The translations under genes and the position numbers were made by a program. The notes beneath the pieces were generated by a model. The model had not been told where the DNA came from. It made no database searches and saw only the letters and a program-made list of their open reading frames with translations. A stretch of 64,000 nucleotides of DNA from Eledone cirrhosa (Eukaryota), in contig OZ024745.1 in NCBI GenBank assembly GCA_964016885.1, positions 36,766,001 through 36,830,000 on the forward strand, read 5' to 3'. The stretch's first letter is position 1; every line of letters begins with the position of its first letter. Below, in pieces: positions 15,301 to 28,800 of this stretch.

Positions 15301-17352
15301 GCCGCATACCTAGTAAATGCCGCATACCTAGTAAATGTCGCATACCTAGTAAATGCTGCATACCTAGTAAATGCTGCATACCTAGTAAATGTCGCATACC
15401 TAGTAAATGCTGCATACCTAGTAAATGCTGCATACCTAGTAAATGTCGCATACCTAGTAAATGCTGCATACCTAGTAAATGTCGCATACCTAGTAAATGC
15501 TGCATACCTAGTAAATGTCGCATACCTAGTAAATGCTGCATACCTAGTAAATGTCGCATACCTAGTAAATGCTGCATACCTAGTAAATGTCGCATACCTA
15601 GTAAATGCTGCATACCTAGTAAATGCTGCATACGTAGTAAATGTCGCATACCTAGTAAATGTCGCATACCTAGTAAATGCTGCATACCTAGTAAATGCTG
15701 CATACCTAGTAAATGTCGCATACCTAGTAAATGCTGCATACCTAGTAAATGCTGCATACCTAGTAAATGTCGCATACCTAGTAAATGCTGCATACCTAGT
15801 AAATGCTGCATACCTAGTAAATGTCGCATACCTAGTAAATGTCGCATACCTAGTAAATGCTGCATACCTAGTAAATGCTGCATACCTAGTAAATGTCGCA
15901 TACCTAGTAAATGTCGCATACATAGTAAATGTCGCATACCTAGTAAATGCTGCATACCTAGTAAATGTCGCATACCTAGTAAATGTCGCATACATAGTAA
16001 ATGCTGCATACCTAGTAAATGTCGCATACCTAGTAAATCTCGCATACCTAGTAAATGCTGCATACCTAGTAAATGTCGCATACCTAGTAAATGTCGCATA
16101 CCTAGTAAATGTCGCATACATAGTAAATGTCGCATACCTAGTAAATGCTGCATACCTAGTAAATGTCGCATACCTAGTAAATGTCGCATACATAGTAAAT
16201 GCTGCATACCTAGTAAATGTCGCATACCTAGTAAATGTCGCATACCTAGTAAATGCTGCATACCTAGTAAATGTCGCCTACATAGTAAATGCTGCATACC
16301 TAGTAAATGTCGCATACCTAGTAAATGCTGCATACCTAGTAAATGTCGCATACCTAGTAAATGTCGCATACCTAGTAAATGCTGCATACCTAGTAAATGT
16401 CGCATACATAGTAAATACTGCATACCTAGTAAATGCTGCATACCTAGTAAATGTCGCATACCTAGTAAATGTCGCATACCTAGTAAATGCTGCATACCTA
16501 GTAAATGTCCCATACCTAGTAAATGCTGCATACCTAGTAAATGTCGCATACCTAGTAAATGCTGCATACCTAGTAAATGTCGCATACATAGTAAATGTCG
16601 CATACCTAGTAAATGCTGCATACCTAGTAAATGTCGCATACATAGTAAATGCTGCATACCTAGTAAATGCTGCATACCTAGTAAATGTCGCATACCTAGT
16701 AAATGTCGCATACATAGTAAATGCTGCATACCTAGTAAATGCTGCATACCTAGTAAATGTCGCATACCTAGTAAATGTCGCATACCTAGTAAATGCGGCA
16801 TACCTAGTAAATGTCGCATACATAGTAAATGCTGCATACCTAGTAAATGTCGCATACATAGTAAATGCTGCATACCTAGTAAATGTCGCATACCTAGTAA
16901 ATGTCGCATACCTAGTAAATGCTGCATACCTAGTAAATGTCGCATACATAGTAAATGCTGCATACCTAGTAAATGTCGCATACATAGTAAATGCTGCATA
17001 CCTAGTAAATGCTGCATACATAGTAAATGTCGCATACCTAGTAAATGTCGCATACCTAGTAAATGCTGCATACCTAGTAAATGTCGCATACATAGTAAAT
17101 GCTGCATACCTAGTAAATGTCGCATACATAGTAAATGCTGCATACATAGTAAATGTTACCTACATAGTAAATGTCGCATACCTAGTAAATGTCGCCTACA
17201 TAGTAAATGTCGCCTACATAGTAAATGTCGCATACATAGTAAATGTCGCCTACATAGTAAATGTCGCATACCTAGTAAATGTCGCCTACATAGTAAATGT
17301 CGCCTACATAGTAAATGTCGCATACATAGTAAATGTCGCATACATAGAAAAT
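15301..17352. repeat. 18-bp minisatellite, about 114 units, G(TC/CT)GCATAC(C/A)TAGTAAAT
   Basis: Direct reading; explains the 696-, 630-, 342- and 289-aa ORFs. Confidence 0.98.
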
Positions 17353-18044
17353 GCCTACAGGGGACATTGCTAAACCGAGTAATTCACCTGGAGAGAGATG
17401 ACTTAAAATAAGAGGTCTACTGGACTAAATCTGATCTGGGATCAAACAATAGTTACAACATAGGATCAACAAGTGGAATATTTGAGATACACCCAAAATT
17501 TAGATAACATCTCTCACCCGACGTATTGGAGCTTTAATAAGGAGAATATCTTTAGTGACATAATATACTGATTAGCAACAGAAACTACGCCCTTCCCCAT
17601 ATCAATGAATGTGGTAAATATTTACGTTGATTTCAAGAGTATAATTATAACAGTATAAATATAAATCTTATAGTAATTTATATCTATATATCAGGTTTCC
17701 AGCTGTCTTAAGATTTTTATTTAGATCTGAAGCCTTGTATTTGAATTTGAATTTCAGTCGCAAATGAATACAGAAACGGATGCTGCAGCTTCAAATACAT
17801 GATTAGTCTTTATTTTATACTGTTATTCAGATAGAAAATGGCAGCACCCATGTACCTTATATAGTTGTGTATTATCATATGTTACTCCATTTTATATCCC
17901 TAACTTTGGACAATCCTATAAAAGGATCTCTTCTCCTTGCGACACGAATTTAACGCCATTGCAAACTTTGTTTTGTTTCCCGGTATTTCAGTGTATTTTT
18001 ATATGTTGGAGCGGGTTTCTACATTTATGTAAGTCTATTGTGAC

Positions 18045-19345
18045 AACTGGAGGGGAGTGACACTTCTCTCCATACCAGGGAAGATCTATTGTCTAGTGAT
18101 CCTGAACCGCATGCGTGGCATGGTAGACCGGGAACTGCGAGAACAACAGGCAGGGTCCGACCAAAACGTTCCTGTACAGAGCAGATCTTTACGCTACGCC
18201 GCATCATTGAGAGGTACAACAAATTCTAGAGGCCCCTCGCCACCAGCTTCATCGATTTCTCCAAAGCATTCGATAGCATTCATCGACCGTCGCTCTGGAG
18301 CATCATGCATGAGTATGATCTGCCCCAGAAAGTCATTTCGGCAATCAAACAGATTTACGCAAACTCCAAGTGCTGCATACGGACAGAGGATGGTTACAGT
18401 GACTGGTTTGAGGTGGTTACTGGCGTGCGTCAAGGTTGCTCACTCTCTCCAATTCTCTTTGCCATAGCCATAGACTGGGTACTAAGAAGAGCGTCTAAAG
18501 ATAAGGGTATATCTTGGGTGGGAGAGCAAAAGTTGTCTGACCTGGACTTTGCGGACGATATTGCTGCACTTGCAGAGAGCACAGCGGACCTGCAAATCAG
18601 TGTGAACAATATCAATGTCGAAGTAGGAAGCTTAGGTCTCAATATCAGTGCCAAGAAGACCAAAAGCATGTTATCTGGGACACACCCACCACCAACCAGT
18701 GTCTTCATTGAACAGGGGAGGTGGAGATAGTGGACAACTTCACCTACCTAGGAAGCTCCATTAACAATGAGGGCACCATGGACAGTGAACTGCAATGTAG
18801 AATGGGAAAAGCTTCAGCAGCATTTAACCAGCTTGACAAGATCTGGAAGAGCAGGAAGTTCACACTCAAAACAAAGATGAGATTCTACAACAGCAACGTG
18901 CTGTCCACACTCTTGTACGGAAGTGAAACATGGCACGTTAAGACCAGCCAAGAGAAGAAGTTGGACGCATTCGATTCCAGATGTCTGCGAAAGATCCTGG
19001 GATTAAATGGAGTGAACATATAACAAACCAGGAAGTCAGGAACCGCACCAACCAGCAGCTAGTCTCTTCTACCATCTGCAAGCGACGCTTGGGCTGGTTT
19101 GGACGCGCTTTGAGACTTCCTCCGGAGAGACTGGCGAACCAAGTACTTAAATGGAGCCCGCAGGGAAGCAGACGGAGAGGGCGACCCAAAATGAACTGGT
19201 GCCAGACAGTTGAGAGGGACCTTCGAGCGACAAACAGACAATGGCGGGATGCTGTGCAACTGTCTGCTGACCGAACGCGATGGAACACTTTGATTGCCTC
19301 ATGCGTCGCAAGACGCAGGAGCTTCTGAGTTTGAATCTGATCGTT
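18045..19345 (+). mobile_element. 5'-truncated RTE-clade LINE (RT and C-terminus), frameshifted
   Basis: LLSIPGKIY...LREQQAG; FIDFSKAFDSIHR; TGVRQGCSLSPILF; DLDFADDIA; FTYLGS; LLYGSETW; GSRRRGRPK..W; stop at 19328 then a short ctgagtttgaatctga tail. Confidence 0.92.
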
Positions 19346-19736
19346 AGAATCAGTTGATTTCTAAATATCTGTTTTTACCCAACATTTTCAACTCACTGCT
19401 GGATAAAGGCTCAATGACTGTGTTAATTTTAAGCTTACCTATCCAAGTTGGCCACGAGCATTAGCTCTGTACATCTACACCTAACCATAATTACTCATGA
19501 CGTTCTAACAAATCAAGCTCTGTCAAATTACCGGCATTCTATTTAGAACTACTGGGTGGCCAATTGGGAGATTTTTATATAAATCAAAATAGAACCATTT
19601 TAAAACTAGTTAGACCATTACACAACAGAGTACTCGATACTTGGGTTAGTAGAGTATGGGTAGATTAAAAAGAGTCGGGACCCGACATCTGAGCTCTTGC
19701 CGTTTCAACAGCTAGTTCCATATATATATATATATC

Positions 19737-19915
19737 CGGGGAGTGTAACGTGGAGTTACTGTAGGTTTACTAAAAGGGTCTGACGAGCCACGAATTACGG
19801 AGTCGGGCTAGATCGATACAGATCGAACCTTGAGCTGATCGGTGGCGAAACGCGCGTCACCAACCAATAAACGTAATGAATGATTATCACCACTCGTCCT
19901 TGTTTTATTTTATTA
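19737..19915 (+). mobile_element. ~180-bp HHR-bearing element (PLE pLTR or retrozyme-like) between two (TA)n tracts
   Basis: Unique island bounded by (TA)n; contains the HHR below and AATAAA at 19866-19871; homologous to 52622-52875. Confidence 0.75.
19777..19861 (+). ncRNA. Type I hammerhead ribozyme with a 50-nt stem II loop
   Basis: ggt-CTGACGA-gccac-[50 nt]-gtggc-GAAAC-GCGC-GTC^acc; all core nucleotides canonical; palindromic stem III ACGCGCGT. Confidence 0.85.
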
Positions 19916-19916
19916 C

Positions 19917-20019
<103 letters not shown>

Positions 20020-20226
20020 TGAAGTAGAAGTTAAGTAGAAATATCCAAGAGTAAGAGCACTCAGTCCATAGGACGAGTTTAGTATAAATGATTACAACAG
20101 TGACATAAACAGGTACTTAAGTTTCGTTGGGTTCAGGGTTTTTTCTCATGACAGGCTAAAGAAAGTGGGGCTCGGAACCCAACGAAACTTGAGTACCAGT
20201 TTATATAACTGTTGTAATTATTTATA
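20020..20226. mobile_element. pLTR-like fold-back island with a degenerate HHR (20152-20199, +)
   Basis: Arms ~20084-20134 and 20175-20226; cagg-CTAAAGA...tggg..ccca-ac-GAAAC-TTGA-GTA-cc. The other arm has GAAACTTAAGTAcctg. Shares actcagtccat.ggacgagttt with 51813-51834. Confidence 0.6.
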
Positions 20227-20612
20227 TATATATATGTATGTGTGTGTGTGTGTGTGAGTGTATATATGTATATGCACACATGCATATACGTATATAAATA
20301 TATGTATATATGTATGTATGTAATAACGGTGTGCTCGTTAGCTTATAGTATAACAACAAATATTAACTGACAGTGTCCCCAATACAGGTATTTAAATGAT
20401 TAGGACTCCGAGTTCCACCTATAACGACTAATTCATGCAGTTAGGATAGAATGAAAAAGCTGTAACTTGCATGGCGGAATCGAAGCGTGCAAATCATATA
20501 CAGAATGCATTGTTGCATTGCAAGTGCACAAGGTGTAGCATAAATGCACATAATGTATAGAAATGGAATCCCAGTTGTATGATTATACATGCCTACATAG
20601 ATACTCATATAT

Positions 20613-20654
<42 letters not shown>

Positions 20655-20663
20655 GTATGTATA

Positions 20664-20695
<32 letters not shown>

Positions 20696-20721
20696 CATAT
20701 ATATATATATACATACATATA

Positions 20722-20835
<114 letters not shown>

Positions 20836-20837
20836 TA

Positions 20838-20975
<138 letters not shown>

Positions 20976-21210
20976 CAACACACACACACAAATATATATA
21001 TATATATATATATGACACACATGCATGGCTCACCTCCATCAGTGTAGATATAAATCATATCAAGTAGATAGATATATATGATATACATCATATATGACGC
21101 AAAGATAATTTATAATCTTAAATGATAACATAGTATGGAAACATTTTCCTCAAGGACATAGACCCGAAACCGTTATTGTTATTATTGATATTATTATTAT
21201 TATTATCATT

Positions 21211-21333
21211 AGAAGAAGAAGAAGAAGAAGAAGAAGAAGAAGAAGAAGAAGAAGAAGAAGAAGAAGAAGAAGAAGAAGAAGAAGAAGAAGAAGAAGAAGA
21301 AGAAGAAGAAGAAGAAGAAGAAGAAGAAGAAGA
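21211..21333. repeat. (GAA)n, about 41 units
   Basis: Direct reading. Confidence 0.97.
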
Positions 21334-21677
21334 CAGTATGGGCGAAACCAGTGTGTGATTTTATATAAAACCGTTATTGCATTGCAGGTGTGCATGGGTG
21401 TAACGTAAATTGACGTATAGCAATAGAAGCTAAATTGTGTTTGTTGGTCTGTGTATAAATGTTGTGTGTGTGTATGTGTGTGTTGGTGTGTGGAAGGATT
21501 GGTGTGTAGTGGGTTCCAGTTATTTGAAAATTTTTCAATTATAGCGATGTATTTGAAGTAGGCTGTCAAAATTGTATTATTACATATATATTTGTGAGAG
21601 TACTGTCATGTATATACAGACACACACACACAGACACACACTGATAGACGCACGCACACAGACACACACCCGCGCGT

Positions 21678-21729
<52 letters not shown>

Positions 21730-21834
21730 GGCTAGAACTGTTTCATTCGTATGAACTTTCCAGGAATGTTAGTTAAAATTGGTTTCTATAGGTTGAATTT
21801 ATGGAGAAATTTAATTGTGGTTATTTCCCGATGA

Positions 21835-22310
21835 CCCACGAGATCTATACTTGTTTTTTGCCACCAATTTATTCCTGAAGGTTCGTGGGGAAAAAGACCT
21901 CAAACTTACTTTCCAGCGGGACTTGTCCGAAGAAACTGTTTCCAATTGACCCGCCTGGATCCCCAAGCGAGAGCAGCCGAGTTCATAGATATTAACCATC
22001 TATCTTACTCGGAATTTTCCATTGGTTCTCCTGCCGATTGGTTTGGCCCGTAAAATCTGTCCAGCGATTCTATCCTTTGACTTTCTCACCACATTCCTGT
22101 AATATCGGAGCTGTGATCTCTCAATTCGAGGAAGTAGCTGTATAGCCTGGAGTGGTCTCTGAGCTACGCAGTTAGTAAAACCGTATTGCAAATTCCCCAG
22201 TCTTGTTACCATTTCCAACACAGTTGTACATACCAATCCCGTCGATACAGAACAGGTGCGGTGTGAGAACGCTTCTTTGGCGGAGTCCAACACCCACACA
22301 GAATAGTGTC
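21835..22310 (-). mobile_element. Degenerate RTE-type LINE 3' end
   Basis: RIERSQLRYY..V.R..KDRIAGQIL.AKPIGRRTNGKFR..; LG.SRLGI.....ETVSSDKSRW. Confidence 0.7.
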
Positions 22311-22580
22311 ATTAATTTGGCTTAGATACAAGGTCTTCTCACACAGTATTGTCTTAAATTGTTCCATATGTCTTGAATCAGCGTAGAAAGTCGGAGTTCT
22401 CTCCGTAGCACAGGTTCTCAATACGTAAGCACCTTCAAAGGGAAGGAGGCTTGTCTTGAGAATAGCCTCATGTAATAAATACATTCTCGTACTCGGCATA
22501 TTCAAAGAGCGGGATTTTATTTCTATGTATACATTCCATGGAGAGTTCTCCCCCTTAATGAATTTTTGCGTCAACTCTTA

Positions 22581-22629
22581 ACATACACTCACACACACAC
22601 ACAAACACACACACGCACGCACACACTCA

Positions 22630-22684
<55 letters not shown>

Positions 22685-22739
22685 GCACACGCACGCACGC
22701 ACACGCACACACACACACACACACGCACACGCGCGCGCG

Positions 22740-22810
<71 letters not shown>
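22581..22810. repeat. (CA)n/(CG)n microsatellite
   Basis: Direct reading. Confidence 0.95.
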
Positions 22811-22812
<2 letters not shown>

Positions 22813-23743
22813 GTTCGCATGAGCGCATGAGCACTTGAAAGGAATATTCATAATATTCAAACTTAACCTTCACTCTATAAACAATTCAAAGGAGATATAT
22901 CAATGAAAAGGTGTATAAACACTTAAAAATACGCATTATCCAGGAAATGGTCAACCACACACACACACACACATACACATACACAAACATACACACACAT
23001 ATGAATACCCACACACACACACACATATATATATATATGAATGCACATACATACACTTACACAAGTTATATATATAGTTCAAAATTCAGAAAGACAAACA
23101 CAGAAATACAATTACACGAAGTCTTATTAGTTTCCAAGTATCAGTGAAATGTTGAGCTGTGTAATACCTATATCAATTTGAAAGATGTATATAAATATAT
23201 ATATAAATATATATATATACGTGTGTGTGTGTGTGCGTGTGTGTATAATATATATATGTGTGTGTGTGAGTGTGTGTGTGTATGTATGTATATGTATTAT
23301 GTATCTTGTGCATGTGGTTTACCGGACGTTGTTTTGTAAGCGATGTGATGTCAAAGGTTGTTGCATTAAGTTTTAAGATGAGAGATTCCGTTTGCGAATA
23401 CATGACAAGACAATCAGATTAGCAGAGAACGCAACTTGGAAAGATCAGTGACACTTCTTAGAATATCCTACTCCACCGTATCATTTCATGGCCAGCGTGC
23501 GAAGCAACACAACTTGGGAATTATTTATCTGTAAAGCTGTGTTTTTATTGGAGAATATTACATTAGCCAGAGCTTCTCTTAGCCTAGCAGACTTAATTAC
23601 TTAAGTTGGACAGTTAACATCGGCGTGCTAAAATGTCATGGGATCCGTTGAAGAATTGTTATATTTAATAAGCGAATTGAAAATAAGGAAAGCAAACTTA
23701 CAATTATACATCTTATGTATATTTGTGTGTTCTTGTTTTACTG

Positions 23744-23780
<37 letters not shown>

Positions 23781-24559
23781 GTGTGTTTGTGTGCCAGTGT
23801 ATATGTGTGTGTGGTGTGCTGTTTGTTTGTGCACATTCCGTTTCAGGGCTGAACTAATCATATTGCTTAAAATGCTATCTACTGATATTCACACATAAAT
23901 ACACATCAATATACACTTATATATTTCAGTAAGTGTACCATTATATAAGAATATATAATATAAATATCTATATTTGCTCATGTGTATTTGTTCTTGCGTA
24001 TGTATATACAGGGTGGCTAAAACGAATTGGACCGCGCACGTTTTGTGTTACTGTATTTTCATTATCTAACTGGCCAACTTTAAATATATGTGTGTGAGGT
24101 AGCATAGGCTAACATGCTTATTGGAGAATTATCTTTATGTAATCAATAAATGAACATAATTATTATGCGTTTTCTATTTCCAAATATAAGATGATAATGT
24201 AATGTCTAGTATACCTTTTGGTCTATCATGGCATTTCAGTGGGCATTAGAATGCTTTGTAGTGCCTATCTCCTCCAAATATCAAGTCTCTCACAAAGTTA
24301 GCTTGACAGCAAAAGCAGTTACCGGGGTGTAGCTGGAAATGTTTTGGGAGCAAATAGTGAGAGTGAGGTAGGAACCAATGTACACGTCTATCTCGAAGGG
24401 TGCCACTGCGCTATGGGAAACAGAGAAATGGGCAAAAGAGTGCACCCAAACATTGATGGTACTCATTCTCAAATAGGGAAATTTAAGACTCTGTCGGAGA
24501 TACAGAACCATCAGTTTAATTAACCACCCCAGCAATGCAATGTTAAGAGTTCTAATCAT

Positions 24560-24770
24560 AAGAACAGACAGGATTCAGTACAAAAGAAGTAGAATGGAAC
24601 AGATATTTAACATCAGACTGCACACTGAGAAACACCTGCACCACCAACTTCATCGACTTGAAAAATGTCTTTGACCGTGTTTGACATGAGGGTTTCTAGA
24701 ACGTGAAGTACCATAACTTTGACATCAACCCCATTGAAGTAGGGACAGACTTTTGTATTGCATTAGAGAT
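24560..24770 (+). mobile_element. Highly degenerate RTE RT fragment
   Basis: EQIFNIRLHTEKHLHHQ..FIDLK..FDRV*HEGF. Confidence 0.55.
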
Positions 24771-25554
24771 ATATGACATTATAAAGGTATTACCTAGGAT
24801 TTTGTCTGAAGAAGTCGTGTTAACGATTGTGTGATGGCAGATTTACGTACAGAGATAGGTATTACAGCAAATTATGTAATAAAATGAATTATGAATATCT
24901 AACCTTTTCATTTTTATCATTACTGAACGTATACTCCATCATGGACTACTACATCGTAATTGGAAGGATACGTAAAACGTCGGGTGCTTGATTCTAATTA
25001 CATCATTATTTATTGATCGGAGTGTGGCTACACACACATACACACAAATATATATATATGTATATATTCTCAAAAATATACATACACCCTGCCCCCCCCC
25101 CCCCCCCCCCCCATCCACACACACACACACAAGGAACAGAAATATGTATATTTGTTCACACAAGTAAATGGGATGTTTTAAAGATGAATTTAGTCTACTT
25201 CAGTAGAAAACACACAACAGCCAAAATTGATTTTGGAATAACTTTGGAATATGGATCAAAAAGTTCACGACATTATGCGTTTTGTTTTTGTCTTTGAGTG
25301 GCAGCGTTGTTATATTTTCGGAAACTTTTGTCTCTTAGAAGCAAAGTAGGCTTGATTATTGGTATATAACTCGATTCTTCTTATATAAAAAATAGAGTCT
25401 GGGAAGTAATAAGATTAATAAAATAAAATAAAATAAAATATTAAATTAATAGAAATAAAAATAATAAAACTTTGATCATCTATATTTTGTGTTTTGCCTT
25501 CATGTCTTCATTCATTGGTTAGTTTTACGAATACATATATATATTGGAAATTAC

Positions 25555-25645
<91 letters not shown>

Positions 25646-25867
25646 ATGTATGGTGTGTGTGTGTGTATGCATATACGATTCGTAAAAGTTATGGAAATGT
25701 ATATATACATATCTATGTATGTTATACAAACAGAGACCGAGAGGGCGCGCTCCCATAGACAGGCATACACATCCACACACCCACACATGTATGTACGTCC
25801 ATGTATGTGGGTGTACATGTGTGTGTTTATTCATAACAGAAAGAATAGCCAGAGACGTCTGGATAGA

Positions 25868-28800
25868 AATACACACATGTACACAGCTGGTACTCCCTTC
25901 TTCTTCTGGGTAGTAATACACACATGTACACAGCTGGTACTCCCTTCTTCTTCTGGGTAGTAAAACACACATGTACACAGCTGGTACTGCCTTCTTCTTC
26001 TGAGTAGTAATACACACATGTACACAGCTGGTACTCCCTTCTTCTTCTGGGTAGTAAAACACACATGTACACAGCTGGTACTCCCTTCTTCTGGGTAGTA
26101 AAACACACATGTACACAGCTGGTACTCCCTTCTTCTGGGTAGTAAAACACACATGTACACAGCTGGTACTCCCTTCTTCTTCTGGGTAGTAAAACACACA
26201 TGTACACAGCTGGTACTCCCTTCTTCTGGGTAGTAAAACACACATGTACACAGCTGGTACTCCCTTCTTCTGGGTAGTAAAACACACATGTACACAGCTG
26301 GTACTCCCTTCTTCTTCTGGGTAGTAAAACACACATGTACACAGCTGGTACTCCCTTCTTCTGGGTAGTAAAACACACATGTACACAGCTGGTACTCCCT
26401 TCTTCTTCTGGGTAGTAAAACACACATGTACACAGCTGGTACTCCCTTCTTCTGGGTAGTAAAACACACATGTACACAGCTGGTACTCCCTTCTTCTGGG
26501 TAGTAATACACACATGTACACAGCTGGTACTCCCTTCTTCTTCTGGGTAGTAAAACACACATGTACACAGCTGGTACTCCCTTCTTCTGGGTAGTAAAAC
26601 ACACATGTACACAGCTGGTACTCCCTTCTTCTTCTGGGTAGTAAAACACACATGTACACAGCTGGTACTCCCTTCTTCTGGGTAGTAAAACACACATGTA
26701 CACAGCTGGTACTCCCTTCTTCTGGGTAGTAAAACACACATGTACACAGCTGGTACTCCCTTCTTCTTCTGGGTAGTAAAACACACATGTACACAGCTGG
26801 TACTCCCTTCTTCTGGGTAGTAAAACACACATGTACACAGCTGGTACTCCCTTCTTCTTCTGGGTAGTAAAACACACATGTACACAGCTGGTACTCCCTT
26901 CTTCTGGGTAGTAAAACACACATGTACACAGCTGGTACTCCCTTCTTCTTCTGGGTAGTAAAACACACATGTACACAGCTGGTACTCCCTTCTTCTGGGT
27001 AGTAAAACACACATGTACACAGCTGGTACTCCCTTCTTCTGGGTAGTAAAACACACATGTACACAGCTGGTACTCCCTTCTTCTTCTGGGTAGTAAAACA
27101 CACATGTACACAGCTGGTACTCCCTTCTTCTGGGTAGTAAAACACACATGTACACAGCTGGTACTCCCTTCTTCTTCTGGGTAGTAAAACACACATGTAC
27201 ACAGCTGGTACTCCCTTCTTCTGGGTAGTAAAACACACATGTACACAGCTGGTACTCCCTTCTTCTGGGTAGTAATACACACATGTACACAGCTGGTACT
27301 CCCTTCTTCTTCTGGGTAGTAAAACACACATGTACACAGCTGGTACTCCCTTCTTCTGGGTAGTAAAACACACATGTACACAGCTGGTACTCCCTTCTTC
27401 TGGGTAGTAAAACACACATGTACACAGCTGGTACTCCCTTCTTCTTCTGGGTAGTAATACACACATGTACACAGCTGGTACTCCCTTCTTCTTCTGAGTA
27501 GTAATACACACATGTACACAGCTGGTACTGCCTTCTTCTTCTGGATAGTAAAACACACATGTACACAGCTGGTACTCCCTTCTTCTGGGTAGTAAAACAC
27601 ACATGTACACAGCTGGTACTCCCTTCTTCTTCTGGGTAGTAATACACACATGTACACAGCTGGTACTCCCTTCTTCTTCTGAGTAGTAATACACACATGT
27701 ACACAGCTGGTACTGCCTTCTTCTTCTGGATAGTAAAACACACATGTACACAGCTGGTACTCCCTTCTTCTTCTGGATAGTAAAACACACATGTACACAG
27801 CTGGTACTCCCTTCTTCTGGGTAGTAAAACACACATGTACACAGCTGGTACTCCCTTCTTCTTCTGGATAGTAATACACACATGTACACAGCTGGTACTC
27901 CCTTCTTCTGGGTAGTAAAACACACATGTACACAGCTGGTACTCCCTTCTTCTGGGTAGTAAAACACACATGTACACAGCTGGTACTCCCTTCTTCTTCT
28001 GGGTAGTAATACACACATGTACACAGCTGGTACTGCCTTCTTCTTCTGGATAGTAATACACACATGTACACAGCTGGTACTCCCTTCTTCTGGGTAGTAA
28101 AACACACATGTACACAGCTGGTACTCCCTTCTTCTGGGTAGTAAAACACACATGTACACAGCTGGTACTCCCGTCTTCTTCTGGGTAGTAATACACACAT
28201 GTACACAGCTGGTACTGCCTTCTTCTTCTGAGTAGTAATACACACATGTACACAGCTGGTACTCCCTTCTTCTTCTGGATAGTAATACACACATGTACAC
28301 AGCTGGTACTGCCTTCTTCTTCTGAGTAGTAATACACACATGTACACAGCTGGTACTCCCTTCTTCTTCTGGGTAGTAATACACACATGTACACAGCTGG
28401 TACCCCCTTCTTCTTCTGGATAGTAATACACACATGTACACAGCTGGTACTCCCTTCTTCTGAGTAGTAATACACACATGTACACAGCTGGTACTCCCTT
28501 CTTCTTCTGAGTAGTAATACACACATGTACACAGCTGGTACTCCCTTCTTCTTCTGAGTAGTAATACACACATGTACACAGCTGGTACTGCCTTCTTCTT
28601 CTGGATAGTAATACACACATGTACACAGCTGGTACTGCCTTCTTCTTCTGAGTAGTAATACACACATGTACACAGCTGGTACTCCCTTCTTCTTCTGGGT
28701 AGTAATACACACATGTACACAGCTGGTACTCCCTTCTTCTGAGTAGTAATACACACATGTACACATCTGGTACTCCCTTCTTCTTCTGGGTAGTAATACA

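Noticed and set aside
15165-17373. ORFs of 696, 630 and 342 aa made of hexapeptide repeats
   Set aside because: An 18-bp tandem repeat that is open in several frames on both strands by construction.
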